Source: Phoronis australis (taxonomy: Eukaryota > Animalia > Phoronida). Taken from it: DNA of 64,000 bases. The translations under genes and the position numbers were made by a program. The notes below the pieces were generated by a model, which made no database searches, was not told where the DNA came from, and saw nothing but the letters and a program-made list of their open reading frames with translations. Positions 12,683 to 25,657 of the stretch are shown in pieces (position 1 is the first letter of the stretch; each line of letters opens with the position of its first letter). The stretch lies in assembly GCA_002633005.1 (NCBI GenBank), contig NMRA01000194.1, positions 78,983 to 142,982 of the forward strand. Direction: 5' to 3'.

Positions 12683-15600
12683 CAGTGGCGGATTTAGAGG
12701 GGGGCAAGGGGGCCATGCCCCCCCCCTAAAATTCTTCCAGATTCCATTTGGCAGTTCGGGGGTGAGAATGTCTGACGGGCACAATTCGCCCAAATTAAAG
12801 AAGCAATCACGCATTTTGCTTTAACCTTAAAACTCTAGTTCGGTTAAAAGTAACCACAGGATTGCGGTAAATAGGGCACGCTGGCCGCGAAGAGAAGCAA
12901 AGTGATCGAGTAGTTAGTTTAGTGGAGGTGATTCTCAAGCAATGGCGAAGTTAGAAAACTGGTTTTCCAATAAAAGGGCAGGTGAACCGGCGGTTTTGGA
13001 TGTTCTCGCCTAATTTCACGTGTGATACAACGACTTTTTGGTCTATTGAATTGCTTTTCTAAGGGAAAATAGTTACGAACTAACGTTGACTCGTCATGTA
13101 AACACTATAAATACCTGGGGCTACTTTCACAAATAAATCAAGAATTTACATATCCATGTGACGAGGAGTGACAACTGTGGGTTAAAGTAAAAACTTTCCC
13201 AAGCTAGGAAACTTGCATAAGTTGACACTGCAACGACTCAGACTGCCATGTATATCAGTAAGTGGCCCAAACGAAATTCCTCAATCACCGAAGTGCGCAC
13301 CACACTGCATGTTAACATGGACGTAATTTACCTTTCTTTGCAGTACAAAGCCTCTCAAAAGAAAGTCATGCCAAAGGAGACGATACAGCACAGTCACAAA
13401 GTCAGATGCAAGGTCAGTTAAGTGATCGAAAGGATTCTGATCATGATGCCAAATACAGTACACAGTGCGACCCAACAGAAATGTCACCTAAGAAACATAT
13501 TTACGACATTACCAGCTACATCAAATGTACATCCATTGAGGACGAACCAAATTCAATGTCATCATAAACAGAGAACCGTCTTCGTCTTACAAATTTCTCC
13601 CAAAGACTTATAACAGCAAGGGCCAAAACTCTGGTAGCAGAAACAGACGTTGCAATAGAGCATGGCTGCAGACGCTTACGTTTGTAGCATTTTCAATAAT
13701 GGTTTGTTTTGCACTACCTGCGCTTTGTTCCCAGACAGCTCACATCGTTGCCCCAAGAAGCTCCTTTCAGAGCCCTGTCAGAACTGGAAAGACGCCTTAC
13801 ATGATGTAAAAAACATGCGACCTGCGAATATCATATTAATTCTATGATTAAACAGGAAACCTTTCTACACACCTATCAGAACGTTTCTGCTAGAATAGAT
13901 TCAAAGATAGTCGATTACCAGAATGTACGCATTCAGAGCAACAGAGAAGTTCTCGGCTCACTGATTATGTGTATCGTGTTTTGCGGACAACAAGGTATAG
14001 GGATGAGGGGCCACCGGGATGGTGTCTCCTGCGAAAACGCAAATACAGGTAATTTCAAGGCTTTGGTTGACTTCAGAATAGTAGCAGGTGACGTAGTTCT
14101 TGCCAGCACCTGAGAACGTGCCCTAAGTATGCGTGCTATACAAGCAAGAGTACTCAAAGCGACATCCTTAGATGCATAAAAGATAACATCTAAAAAGAAG
14201 TAATCCAGGAAATGACGAGTCAGCATTTCGGGCCCTATTACGGGATTCAGTGCGACGAAGTCACAGATGCAAGTAACTGGAGTCAACTTGGACTCATGTT
14301 GCATTACATAAAAAACCAAACGATTGCTCGAGTTTCTGCCCTGTGAATATACATCAGGTGAAGTAATTCAGTTTTCGACAAGGTGTGGTTTAGACATTGC
14401 ATGCTGCAGATCGCAAGCGAAGGACGGTGCCGAAAACATGGCAAGGAGGCATTGTGGTTATGCGGCACGGCTACTACAGCTGTCTCCAAAAGCGCTCTAT
14501 AATTATTGCGGGAGCCATGACTTAAACCTTGCCCTATTTAAGGCATGCGACGTCAAGGAAATGCACCTTGCACTTGAGAGTGTCAAGCATCTGGGAATAT
14601 TTTTCAAGTATTCTCCGAAGCGAAGCAGGCGCTTAGAAGAATATGTCGACGAACTGAACGAGGGCCGACAACAAACCAACTTATCAAAAAATCAGAATTC
14701 GGTTTACTTTGCAACACAAGGTGGGTAGAAAGGCATACTAATTTACAAGACTTCCATGTGTTGTGTGTTACAAGCGATAGCGTGGCACGAGAGACTGTGG
14801 GACAGTAACACCAGTGGCGAGGCATTTGGGCTGTAGAAGCAGGGGACTGCCGCGTCATTTATTGCAAGCTTCCAAACTGTAATGCACATCTTTGGATTCA
14901 CACTGCCACTCAGCAAGAAAATGCAGGGTTCCACTCTAGACGTCGTAAAAGGGTTCAGAATGGTCAAGCATGTGCAAACTCTGTTTATGAGTTTCAGAAC
15001 AAATGAGGCAGAATATGACACTGTGCTCGCCAAGGTAGTAGCAATGGCAGCCAAAGCAAACATTCCTCTTGAGCCATTCAGAAGATACGGAAAGCAAACA
15101 CAAAAAATCAACGTTCGGCAATAGACGCCAAAGAGTATTGCAAGCGAGCTATATACATTCCATTCGTGGATAGTCTGCTGCAACAGCTTAGCACGCGGTT
15201 TACTGTTCTGACAAATATAGCATTACAGGGAGTCCGTCTAATCCGGTACAACCTTCGAGAAGAGAACAAAGCAGCTAACGAACTGAGGAAAATTGAAGAG
15301 CCAATACTCTTCTGTTACAACGTTGACCTTCGGTCTGCTGCCACTTTGCACCAGGAAGTTAAGATGTGGGTGCAACTACGGGCGAACACAGACGTCGAGC
15401 CGGATAACATCATTGGTACACTCTCGGATGGTATGTCATGCCCATTGCTATTTCCAAACATCACCAAGGCGTTGAACCTGTTTCTATTGACATCCGTCAC
15501 GGTTGCGAGCGTAGAACGAGCAAATTTTACATTGAAATTTATTAAAACACCCTTTAGAAGCACAATGGGGGATGACAGATTTGAAGCTTTGACGCTACTT

Positions 15601-15950
15601 TTCATACACACGGACATTAAGGTCGACGATTACAGCGTCACACACATGTTTTCAGCCAGATATGTCAGGCGAATGCTTTTAAATAAGATGTGATTGGACA
15701 AACTTGTCAACATGATTGTAATGTCGTGCAGTTGATCTGCTTTGATTTTGCAGTCCAGCCGACTGGTTTTGAAGTCCTGCCAAGTGATTTTGACGTCCAG
15801 CCAATTGTTGATTAACCCTTGGCAAAGCAGATCTCCACCCGCGATAGGTAGCGTAGTCTTTACGCACGTGCGTTAAGTCACAAGACTAGACGCCAAGTCA
15901 CAACACTGGACGACAGCTTTTGCACCCCCCACTTATACAATTTTGACAGG
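12683..15950 (+). mobile_element. hAT DNA transposon (P52rIPK/THAP12/ZMYM1-like transposase group), decayed
   Basis: Typical CAGTGGCGGATTTAGAGGGGGGC 5' terminus with a transposase remnant inside and 21-bp subterminal repeats near 15740-15810. The right TIR is not clearly recognisable, so the end is approximate. Confidence 0.8.
13650..15693 (+). pseudogene. hAT transposase pseudogene
   Basis: Frameshifted motifs LFCTTCALF..NWKDAL (TTF-type zinc finger), QGIGMRGHRD..NTGNFKAL (DUF4371-like), SQAKDGAENM, YCGSHDLNL, TRWVERH, and the hAT dimerisation tail FPNI...VTVASVER..F..LK.IKT..RSTMGDDR. Confidence 0.9.
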
Positions 15951-16126
15951 TCAGTGGAACTGTAGGTTAATCAAAGTAGAAGCTGTCGTTGAAATTTGGC
16001 ACGGTGTCCATAATCTGTTTACATCAAAGCAATGTTCATCTCCACAGACTATTTAATGACTATGCCGTCCAGTGACGTTATAAAACCTGTTGTCTAGCTG
16101 TCTCCAACACAAACAACACGATAGCG

Positions 16127-17098
16127 ATGAATCATACCACAAGCCATACTTCGACAGACGCTTCAAGTTACTTTGGAATCATCAGCCTTTTGGTGGTTCC
16201 GCCTCTTGGTATTGTTGGGAATATTATTGCTTTGGCGGTGTTCGTCCGACGCAAGAGAAACAAGTCAGTCGACGTATTTTTGATTAGTTTGACAATAGTG
16301 GATATACTTGCTGAAGTGTTTATACTCTTACACCACGCTGAATTTAGCATAGTAGTACCTGCATTTTTGTCAAAGTACACACTCGCGTGTTCATTTTCGT
16401 TTTGGCTGGCCAGATCGTCTTCTTTGGCATCTGCCTGGATATTAGCAGGATTCTCATTGGATCGCCTGGTGGCTTTAGCATTCCCGTTCCACGCCGTACG
16501 ATACTGCCTCAAAAAGGTCGCCGTCTGCTTCGTTTTGCTCACATGCGCCTGTTCTTTAGCTTTCAGTCTATACGCTTTCTGGACTCAGATATCGTCGCCT
16601 TCACATTGTAAAGTTCCGCTGTTATTTTCGGAGGTATTCCTTGTCATGGAATGGGTGCGATGTTTTTTATATTCTGTCGTTCCCAGTATTATCCTTATAG
16701 TTTCTAACTCAGTCGTTGTCTACTATTTGAAGATCAATAACTCGCAGCTGAGTTACGAACATCGGTCTAACAACCCAGCCACGAAGGCTGTCCCTCTCCT
16801 GCTGGCAGCGTCGGCATTTTTTCTTCTGACGTCATTTCCGTACGCTGTCATCCATCTCTTGCTCCGCCTGAGTGACGATCCCGCTGTTATGACTCTGCAC
16901 AGAATTATATCTATATTCGTGCCATTAAACCACGCTGGAAACTTTTACGTCTATTGCTTGAGTGGAAAGAAATTTAGAGAAGACCTTAAAAGTGTGTGCA
17001 GATCGATGATTTCGAGGAACACTCGAAGCCGCAACAATTCAAACGAATCGCCCAAGTTGTCAGGAATCAATCCGTCCTCGACGACGTCGGGTACCTGA
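16127..17098 (+). CDS. Intronless class A (rhodopsin-like) GPCR, invertebrate peptide-receptor-like or candidate chemoreceptor
   Basis: Intact 323-aa ORF with 7 hydrophobic segments. Motifs: GIVGN (TM1), SLxxxD (TM2), Cys at the top of TM3 and in ECL2, SLDRL, YSVVP (TM5), FLLTSFP (TM6), NHAGNFYVYCLSGKKFR (TM7/H8), and an N-terminal NHT sequon. Confidence 0.93.
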   Translation: MNHTTSHTSTDASSYFGIISLLVVPPLGIVGNIIALAVFVRRKRNKSVDVFLISLTIVDILAEVFILLHHAEFSIVVPAFLSKYTLACSFSFWLARSSSLASAWILAGFSLDRLVALAFPFHAVRYCLKKVAVCFVLLTCACSLAFSLYAFWTQISSPSHCKVPLLFSEVFLVMEWVRCFLYSVVPSIILIVSNSVVVYYLKINNSQLSYEHRSNNPATKAVPLLLAASAFFLLTSFPYAVIHLLLRLSDDPAVMTLHRIISIFVPLNHAGNFYVYCLSGKKFREDLKSVCRSMISRNTRSRNNSNESPKLSGINPSSTTSGT

Positions 17099-19446
17099 TG
17101 TACAAGTGAGAAACGGGAAATCTAAAGCTTAAATTTTCAAAATCTTGGAAATAAGTGTAGTTGATGAACTATAGTTTATAGTCGCGTAACAGATAGTTGT
17201 GGCCTGCCTACAAAACATATGGACCGATACCAAGAGAACTTACTCTACTGGAAACAGTGTAATCGTGCTCTGAATAGATATGTAATTGATTTCCGTTATG
17301 AAATTATGGACCAATACTGATATGCCCCATGGATCGGTCTGTATTTGCTTTATTTTACGATCTACTGGCATTGTTTATTCGTTTTATTTTAGGGGTCTAT
17401 GGTGTCAGCCGCTTGATAGCAAATAACTTCCGGGCAGTGTGACAGAAAAGTGACATTCCAGGACATAAGTGTACCTTGTAACGAATTTACAGTACAGTGT
17501 TAAGTCCATTACGGGACACAAATGTCAGAAGTCGCGTAGGTAATCAAGCGTATTCGTGATACAAAGGTTGGATTAAGACAATTAAAATCCCCAGGTAAAC
17601 ATTTCATTTTTAGAGTGAAGCGATTCCTGATTGAGTACTGGGCCCCTCTTATGTTTCTTTTTACCACTAGCTTCGTCATCGAACAACTCCACCGTTTTGT
17701 TCTGTTCGAGTTTTCGGAAAATTTGAAAACGAAAAATTAAAAGATCTAAAATTGGCTTGGTCTTCTATTTTTTTCAGTTTTGTTTTAAACGAAATGTCGT
17801 TGTGGTCCTTTCAGGCACAAACCTTCACCTCTGCCAAGTACAAAGATACGAAATTTGTTGAGACCACGCATTTTGTTCTTAGAATTCTCATTGTGTCCTT
17901 TTGGTGACTCGATGTTATTGATGTTCTTGTTGTACCTTGTTTACGTTGTACAAACCAAAACACGTTGTTGGTCGTGTCACCGTGAGTCGTCACTGTAATT
18001 AAACATTATGCTTCCGGTTGCGACTTTGATTTTCATTAAAGCCATTTATTGACGAAGAAGATGCGTACAACTTCTGATTAAGATCAACACTTACTTTTTA
18101 GTCGTAAATACAACTAACGTCATGTAATGTGTCACTTTCGCTTGGTGTTTGAATATGTACCTAGTCATGTAGGGGTGGAATATCACTTGAACGATCTGTT
18201 ATAGTTTACAGTAAGGTTGTACTCAACAGTTTAATCACACGTATCGCTCAAGTACGTTAGAGTTTTGAGACGGCCATGTTGCTCGACATTTTGAGATTTG
18301 CACTGAGTGTGATAGAAGAAGGCTACAAATCAGTCTTTGCTCAGTTTTTCTAACATTTTATTGAAGTCATTGTTTCTCCTTCGGGGTTTTTATTAAACCC
18401 TCACTCCCTGCAAGAGGGATTTGAAATTCTACAGGAACTTCAGGTAATCCTCAAATGCTTCAGATTTCTCAAAACTCCGGTTAGTTTACAATGACTCATT
18501 TCACCTAAATTTTTAATTTTGAGTTTTGCGCCATCACAATGCGTCCTCTGTTGGTGTGAAATCTTTGGTCCAGCACAATCTTCACACTTTCAGGATTTGT
18601 GCACATACTGTGACTGAAATAGACCTGTGTAGATATATCACTACAAGGGGTCAGCATGAACTGTTGAGCGCGACCTTAAGTCTAATGTAGAGCTTGTCCA
18701 CAAAGTCTCGTAATAATTCAAAAAAAATTACAAAAACGAACGAACAGAAAAATATGTGGAAATCGTTAGAACTGAGAGTAGATTTTGGTGTTTTTGTCTC
18801 GTTGAATGCACATACATGTAGAAGCCCTATTAACTGCACGAGGCACATCAAGGTGGAAGGCGTTGTAGTAGGTATTACCTGGTGGAGCAATTTTGCTTTT
18901 GCTTTGTATGTTTTGTATGTGGTGTAACCATTCTGTTTCTAAAAACCAAGACGTACATTTTACTGAGGTCCATTTATAGCTACCTGCTTCACTGACAAGA
19001 TACCTGAAACATGCCTTTGGAAAGTGATTAAAGTTATCCATAACCGTTGACTACATTCAACAAATCTGTTTAAAATATCCCATCAAATGTCTTTGTAGCA
19101 TTTTTTTCAAATTATGAAGGATTATTATAGACACCTTGTGTGTTGTAACTTGCTGTGATTGATATTCATATTGTGTCTTGTCGTATTGTATAGAGCTTAA
19201 CTACACTGCATTATATCAAATATGTTTTATTATTTTGCATCTCATTAGATTGCATTGCGATACACGGCACTGCATTACGTAGTATTATACAAATATGGGG
19301 CCCGTTCCAAGAAACTGACGTAAGCTTATCTTGGTACTAATTATAATTCATTATGACATACGTTGTAGTCTCATCTCACTTTCTGACCACAAGGTCATTG
19401 TAGTACCGAAGTTGTTTAGTTGCTTCCCGTACTTCATTTTTAAGTG

Positions 19447-22335
19447 ATACATATTTATTGAAGGATACAGAGAACATACAAAGAAATAAGAACAAACCCA
19501 GAAACCGCGAAGCATTATATCTGGGTTGTAAACAATTCATAAAAGAAACTTATATACATAGAGGTATATACAATTAAGTAGTATCTAAAATAAGTATTCC
19601 AATACTTAGATATGCTATTACAGATATATCAAAACAAAAATATGTACAGATTCATGTAGGAAAATCAGATGCAACAATATTGATAAACGGTACATAAAAA
19701 TTTGCTAACGTTGCTTAGGAGGAATTCGTTGAGAACGAAGTCAAGGTTAGGACTACCATTCAGTAATAATGAAACTCTAGTAGGGATATTATTACAAGAA
19801 TTGTGAGCGTTAACAATTGATTGGTTATCATTGAGTGCACGAAAGAGTTAGTCTCTCAGGTATTCGATGATGGGACTTTTGAAGAAAATATGAGGACAAG
19901 ATTGATGGTCACCACATTTACAGTTTGGAGAGACATTACTAAAGTTGTGCCTGAACTTGTCAGAGTTGAGGAAAAGGCCACATCTTGATCTGTACAATGC
20001 TATTTCGTTATCGCGGGTAAGGGAGAATTGAGTCAAGGGTGTTGAGTTATCAAAATTATGAAAAACAGTTCTAAAATTATTTTTTATACTCGTAAAAGAG
20101 TTGCTTTCCTTAACAGAGACTGGAAGAGAATTCCAGTTGTTGATGCACATCATGACTGTAGACCTTCTGAATGCCTGACTGAACGACGGAGGAATTGCAT
20201 ATGGGGTGGAGAATCTCAAATCACTACGATGGCCTTGTCTAATATATAGATCAAATATTTTTTTGACAGACACGTTGTTGACATTGTTTATTACCTTGAA
20301 AGTAAATGTGGTCATGTGAAGATTGCGTCGAGTAGACAGTTTGGGCCACTTGAGACTATTCAAAACCTTAACACTATTGGATCCCCTGTAAGCTCCGGTT
20401 ATGAGTAAGGCGGCTTGATATTGTAACTTCTCCAAATGTTGGAGTGCACCCGTATTGGCAGACTGATATATAATATCACAATAATAAATGTGTGCAAGTA
20501 CAAAGGATTTGAACAAAACTTCTAAATGTGTAGAATTCAGATGACGAGAGACAAGCTTAAGTGGGTTAATTAGTTCCTGAGTTTTTTGTACGAGCTCCCG
20601 AACGTGAGGGGTGAATGAGAGTTTTTCATCTAACATTATACCCAGATGTCTGTGCGACTGTTTTCTAGGAATGATTTCATCATTAGGTTTAAGGTTATAA
20701 GACGGGTAAACAAGGAAGAGAGCATTAATAGATTTGGAAAAGGTGAGGTCAACGCTTTTTTCTGGTTTAGAATTCATTTTCAATTTTTGTGACCGATAGC
20801 TTAGTTTATTTAAGTCGTGTTGAAGCTGCAAAGAACATTCAGGGCTGCTCCCTGCGAAGGGGTAAAAAAGCGCCGTGTCATCTGCATAAAGGTATGTGCT
20901 ACATGACAGGTTATCAGGAAGGTCATTAATATAAACCAAGAAGAGAAGAGGGCACAATACGCTACCCTGCGGTACACCTGCGTTTACAAATCCAGGAGGG
21001 GATAACGTTGAAAGTACGCCGTCGACACGAACACTGTATGTTCTTTCGGAGAGATATAAGGTGATCATGTTTAAAAGATTACCAGTAATGCCATAGGATC
21101 GAAGTTTGTGAAGTAGAAGGTCGTGAGGGACACAGTTGGAAGCAGAAGCTATATCTAGAAAAATGGACCTGACACTCTCGACTTTCTCAAAATGTAAATG
21201 AATCTCATATGTACTGTTTCAACAAGTTGTGCCACGGTGCTGTTCCCACGCAAAAAATTGACTATGATAGATCAAGTAGTTTTGTTTGAGAAATGTAAGA
21301 ATACTTTGAGCAGTGATCTTCTCGAAGATTTTGGACAGGGTGTTAAGTAAAGTTATTGGGCGATAATTTGAAATTTCAGTTTTGGAGCCTTTTTGTGTAT
21401 AGGGACCATAATTCCATGTTTCCAAGAAGACGGATAAATGCCTAGCTGAAGTAGTTTGTTAAACAGATTGGTCAGGGGCATGGTAATTTCGTTGGCAATC
21501 ATTTTGATCATCTTGCTGGTTATTAAAGCTGTGCCATCATTCTTAATGGGGTCAATTTCATTGAGATACTTCCGGACATCAGTTTTATTAACCGGGATGT
21601 CAGACAGTTGATTGAGACAACGTTCACGAAGAAAGCGAAAGTTACTTACTTCAGTTGGTGTAATGTGGCTTTTGTTCGTGAAACATTTGAGAAACAAATC
21701 ACACTTGTCACTACTACTTGAGGCTAGGTTACCATTATAGTTGATGACAGGATAGGAGGATTGCTGTTGACTGCCGCGTATTTTATAGATGATGTTCCAG
21801 TATTCTTTGGAATTCTTGCTTGCGCTGTTAATTTGTTGAAAAAGCTTGTGTCGGTGATCAGCTTTACTAAAGTTTCAACCAGACGTGACTGTTCCTTGTA
21901 TCTGTTGTAGATTATTAAAGAGCTGTAAAGTCAGTTTCTTGTGCGGATTGCCCGTTTAACATTATTGTTGAACCACTGTTGGCTGTTGTGTTTAATTATC
22001 TTTTCAGTTGATGGGATGTTGTTTTTCAAGATTTCATAGAGAGTACTAGTGAAGAGTGAAACATTGTAATCAATATGGAATCCCAGTCAGTGTTGGTGAT
22101 ATCCTGACGCAGTTTATCGGTGTCGACCTGATTATATTTCCAATCGGTTCGAGTGGTGTGTTGTTCTTTAACCGGTTTTTTAAGTGTTAGAGTGGTTTCG
22201 GTTGTGTGGTGATCAGAATTGCCAAGAGGAGGTAGTACAGAACAAGAGTCAATGATACTCAAATTGTTTGTTATACAGAGGTCAATACATGAATGAGAAA
22301 TGTCGGTGATACGGGTTGGCTCATTAATTAGGTTT
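19447..22335 (-). mobile_element. CR1/L2-group non-LTR retrotransposon, 5'-truncated and frameshifted
   Basis: End of an APE endonuclease (PTRI...IDL...LGNSDHH) and RT motifs (NYRPITLL, GVPQGSVLCPLLFLVYINDL, LYADDT, HLGIMLDEKLSF). The 3' UTR has a CCCAGA/TCTGGG stem-loop (~19497-19525) and AATAAA. Confidence 0.92.
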
Positions 22336-22414
22336 ATACCACAATATTAGCGTCAAATGGCAGATACAACCCTGAACCCATAAAGTTATCTCACTAGTGA
22401 GATAACGATTTGGC

Positions 22415-22491
22415 GGGAAACCGAGGACGGGGTCGAACCCGGGACCCTAATATTGCTGGTCGCCGACTTTACCACTACACCACGCAGCGAC
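22415..22491 (-). mobile_element. tRNA-derived (SINE-like) Pol III head
   Basis: The minus strand reads GTCGCTGCGTGGTGTAGTGGTAAAG...CCCGGGTTCGACCCCG, with A and B boxes at tRNA spacing. The acceptor and anticodon stems do not pair, so it is not a functional tRNA. Confidence 0.6.
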
Positions 22492-22794
22492 TGACGTCAT
22501 CAAGTGTGAAAATAGAATACTTAAATTATAATCGCACGTTCAACAAACCGCAATGTACCGTACTTATACTCTACGAAAAATAAAACACATAATTTCCATA
22601 AAAATGATATCATAATTCGGTGAAATTTTTCTCTCATGTCCTCTTACTTGTAAATCACCGATCTCTAGTTTGAATGCGGGTATCGTGTCGTAAGGATCTT
22701 TGACTTGAGAATTATATTCAGTTACCAGTGGTAACCTACTTTAGCAGACGATAATTTCCCGGTCGAAGCTTAGCGAGAAAAAAACGTGTTTTAA

Positions 22795-23725
22795 AGTGTA
22801 CACAACATGACTCTAGTACCTCAAAGTAAATTTTATTATTATATCTTACTTGATTTCTGAGCCTTAAGTGCACAGCTCATAAAGAAACACGCAAAAATTG
22901 AAAAAAATAATAATTATGTACAACGTCATGCGTTGAACCCAAGTCGTTCGCCATACAGTTCAGATCAGCGACAAAGTGTACAGAGTGAAATGAAAGCAAA
23001 GTATATTTAGCGTATAGAGGGATGAAAAGATGTGTTTGCGCAGGCTGCAGCAACAGCAGCCAGACGGAGAACATTTTGGTGTTCTGAAGTACGCCAAAGT
23101 TGCGCAGAAGTGGCATCGCTTCGTGCGCCGAACGAGAGTGTGGGACCTCAGCGTGGACCAAGCGATTCGGTCCGGGGCTGCTCTGAGGACTCGTGTTTCG
23201 ACTCCAGTCAGAGGAGACGTTACGATGACGGCCTGGACAATACCGGTATTTACCATTCAGAAACATCAGCTCTTTATTCAGGATCGTCCGTTGGATGACT
23301 GGGTTGACTGGCCGAGCCCGAGACCGCTTCTCTCGCGGGAGGATCCCGTTTGTAAGGCCTCAAAGTAGAAAAGTACGCAGCCGGAAGCACATCAAACTCG
23401 TTCTCGCTTTCGTTCAACCCCATTTCCTCATCCTGGCCACCATTCCCATACGTTTCTTCATAGTATTCGTTCAATTCTTGCTCATAATCGTCGTCGCTTT
23501 CAAATTCCCTACTCTCCGCCTTGTTCAATGCTAGTCACTGATCTCTTTTGTTCAACCCATGACGTCACGTGGCGGGAAATGTGAAAATTGGCAAAATTGA
23601 AAGAAAAATCAAAATTTCGAGCTGATTACACAAAATAAACATGGATTTAGCTAAATTTTACGTCATACATTTAGTGTGTGGCCACCGATAATTCAGAATG
23701 TAGAAAAATCCATGGTGTGTACTGT
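22795..23725 (+). mobile_element. Second Kolobok-like deletion derivative (different family)
   Basis: TTAA on both sides (22791-22794, 23726-23729) and imperfect 15-bp TIRs (AGTGTACACAACATG / CATGGTGTGTACTGT). A decayed THAP starts at ATG 23022 (MKRCVCAGCSN...KWHRFVRRTR...SCF), convergent with an acidic KolX-like ORF 23274-23528 containing LRPYKRDP. Confidence 0.7.
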
Positions 23726-23956
23726 TTAAGCTATAATAGTTGGTAAACCTTACTTTATAAATTCAATTTATTTCTATAATATTTAAGTTTTCAATTGGTT
23801 TTGAGTAAAAGCATTATTTGACAAAAATAGCCTGGCTTTTCTTAAAAGGTCACCACCTCCGACCCCGGGCCTCTGACATAGAAAGTAGTTACAAAGCCGT
23901 GGAGAGTCAGAAAAGGTAAATCGATTCATTGCAATGTTTCTCGTTTAGTATGTGGT

Positions 23957-24218
23957 NNNNNNNNNNNNNNNNNNNNNNNNNNNNNNNNNNNNNNNNNNNN
24001 NNNNNNNNNNNNNNNNNNNNNNNNNNNNNNNNNNNNNNNNNNNNNNNNNNNNNNNNNNNNNNNNNNNNNNNNNNNNNNNNNNNNNNNNNNNNNNNNNNNN
24101 NNNNNNNNNNNNNNNNNNNNNNNNNNNNNNNNNNNNNNNNNNNNNNNNNNNNNNNNNNNNNNNNNNNNNNNNNNNNNNNNNNNNNNNNNNNNNNNNNNNN
24201 NNNNNNNNNNNNNNNNNN
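23957..24218. other. Assembly gap
   Basis: Run of N; a second gap lies at 33965-33981. Confidence 1.
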
Positions 24219-24242
24219 CCAAAAATAATTTCTATTTCGTTT

Positions 24243-25657
24243 TCATTGTACACAACCATAAAAAACCGACATTATTACAAATTGTGTAGAATTATAACTT
24301 ATTATTGTTTCTCCAGGAACGTTGGTCCTATCTTTCTGTTGTCTAGACTGTCGAGGAATCTGTACATCGGATCCAATGGTTTGCTCCTCTTGGAACCATT
24401 CTACCCAGACATCTTCGACGTTTGTTCCCAACACTTGCACTTCGTCAACTGCTGTGTCAATGAGCTTGTACGCCTCTACAATGTCAGCATCTCGTTTCAC
24501 AGCTCAGTTGGCACTAAGCCCCCTGAGGTTACCAAGTCCATTCAAAAGACTTACAGCATGCGCAACTAAATTTGATCCATTCATCATGGACTACTTCACG
24601 CCTTGACGATGTATCCCACGACCCATTTGCATCTCTTGCAATTTTCGAAATAAACGTCCCAATGTCTCAACGCTTGAAACCCGAAGTACTAACATCAAAT
24701 AAATGCCCGTGGGCATGGGTGTTTGGTCGGGTGGGCCTTTCTGCGGAAATTCCCAGTATAGAACATGGCAGTGGTGCTTATTGCAGATAGAAAGACGGTA
24801 GGTGTTGAGGTCGGCACTAGGGATCCTTAGGAGGCCTATTGAACATCGCACGAGTCCTGCAAGACTTTGTTGCGAAAATACAGCCTCCCGCAATTTCTGG
24901 TACTGTACACTGTTAGCGAATGCGGTCACTTTGTCGACGTGAATGCCCCCTTGGTCATTCCAGCTGTATAGACATAACTTGTTAGAGTGCATCTTCAAAC
25001 AGACTCGAGACCATACCACGGCGCCTGCCACAATAGCAATTCTTCGGAAAACAAGTTTTTTTCTCAAAAGTATTACATGTACATGTACACCGTATGATAT
25101 TGCGCAAGACAACGTTTCTATACACCATTCAAATTCGAGTTACAAATGTATGGGCTGTAATAGGATGACACGGCATGACAGATGAAGTAAAAGGGTTGCA
25201 CGTCAATTCGCCTGAATATCAGGGTTGCGGCACCACAGTATTTCCCCTAATCAAATCAAAACATATCTTAGAGTAATGAAACTAGTTACCTAAAAAAATC
25301 AGCTATAGGGCTGCTCTTTCAGAGGTGGATCCATCTAAAATGCTTGGCTACTTCAGAAGTGTCGACTGAAGCGCGCGCACAATTGATCTCCGGGGTTTTG
25401 CCGATGAGCCACGAAAACTCGCAATGCGTTGATTTTCGTAACAGCAATTCACAATGCAAAAAATATATTTTCAGAGTGAATCCCCGCACTCATTTTTTCC
25501 AAGTTGGTTTACTTGGGGTTTACACACGCTGACGGTGCCGTTTTTGTTTTGCTTGAGACGTTTTTGGTTTTTTTTTTTGGTTTTTTTAATTTTTGGGTCC
25601 TGGCCCGAGGGGGGGTTTAAACCCCCTGAACTCCCCCCCCCCGTAGATCCGCCACTG
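24243..25657 (-). mobile_element. hAT transposon remnant (5' TIR plus internal transposase fragment)
   Basis: Terminus GATCCGCCACTG at 25646-25657. ORF 24243-24500(-) (DIVEAYKLI...IPRQSRQQKDRTNVPGET) resembles the C-terminal half of P52rIPK-type hAT transposases. Confidence 0.75.

Noticed and set aside
16168-16542. Antisense ORFs over the GPCRs and transposases
   Set aside because: Shadow frames of real coding sequence.
18300-19040. P-element/THAP9-like transposase remnant on the minus strand
   Set aside because: Only isolated hints (KCEDC, GLIK); too degenerate to support.
22415-22491. Functional tRNA gene
   Set aside because: A and B boxes are present but the acceptor and anticodon stems do not pair.
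23926-24569. ORFs spanning the N run
   Set aside because: Artefacts of the assembly gap.
12683-25657. Single 13-kb hAT element
   Set aside because: No 8-bp TSD, and both ends appear to be 5' ends of separate, oppositely oriented elements.
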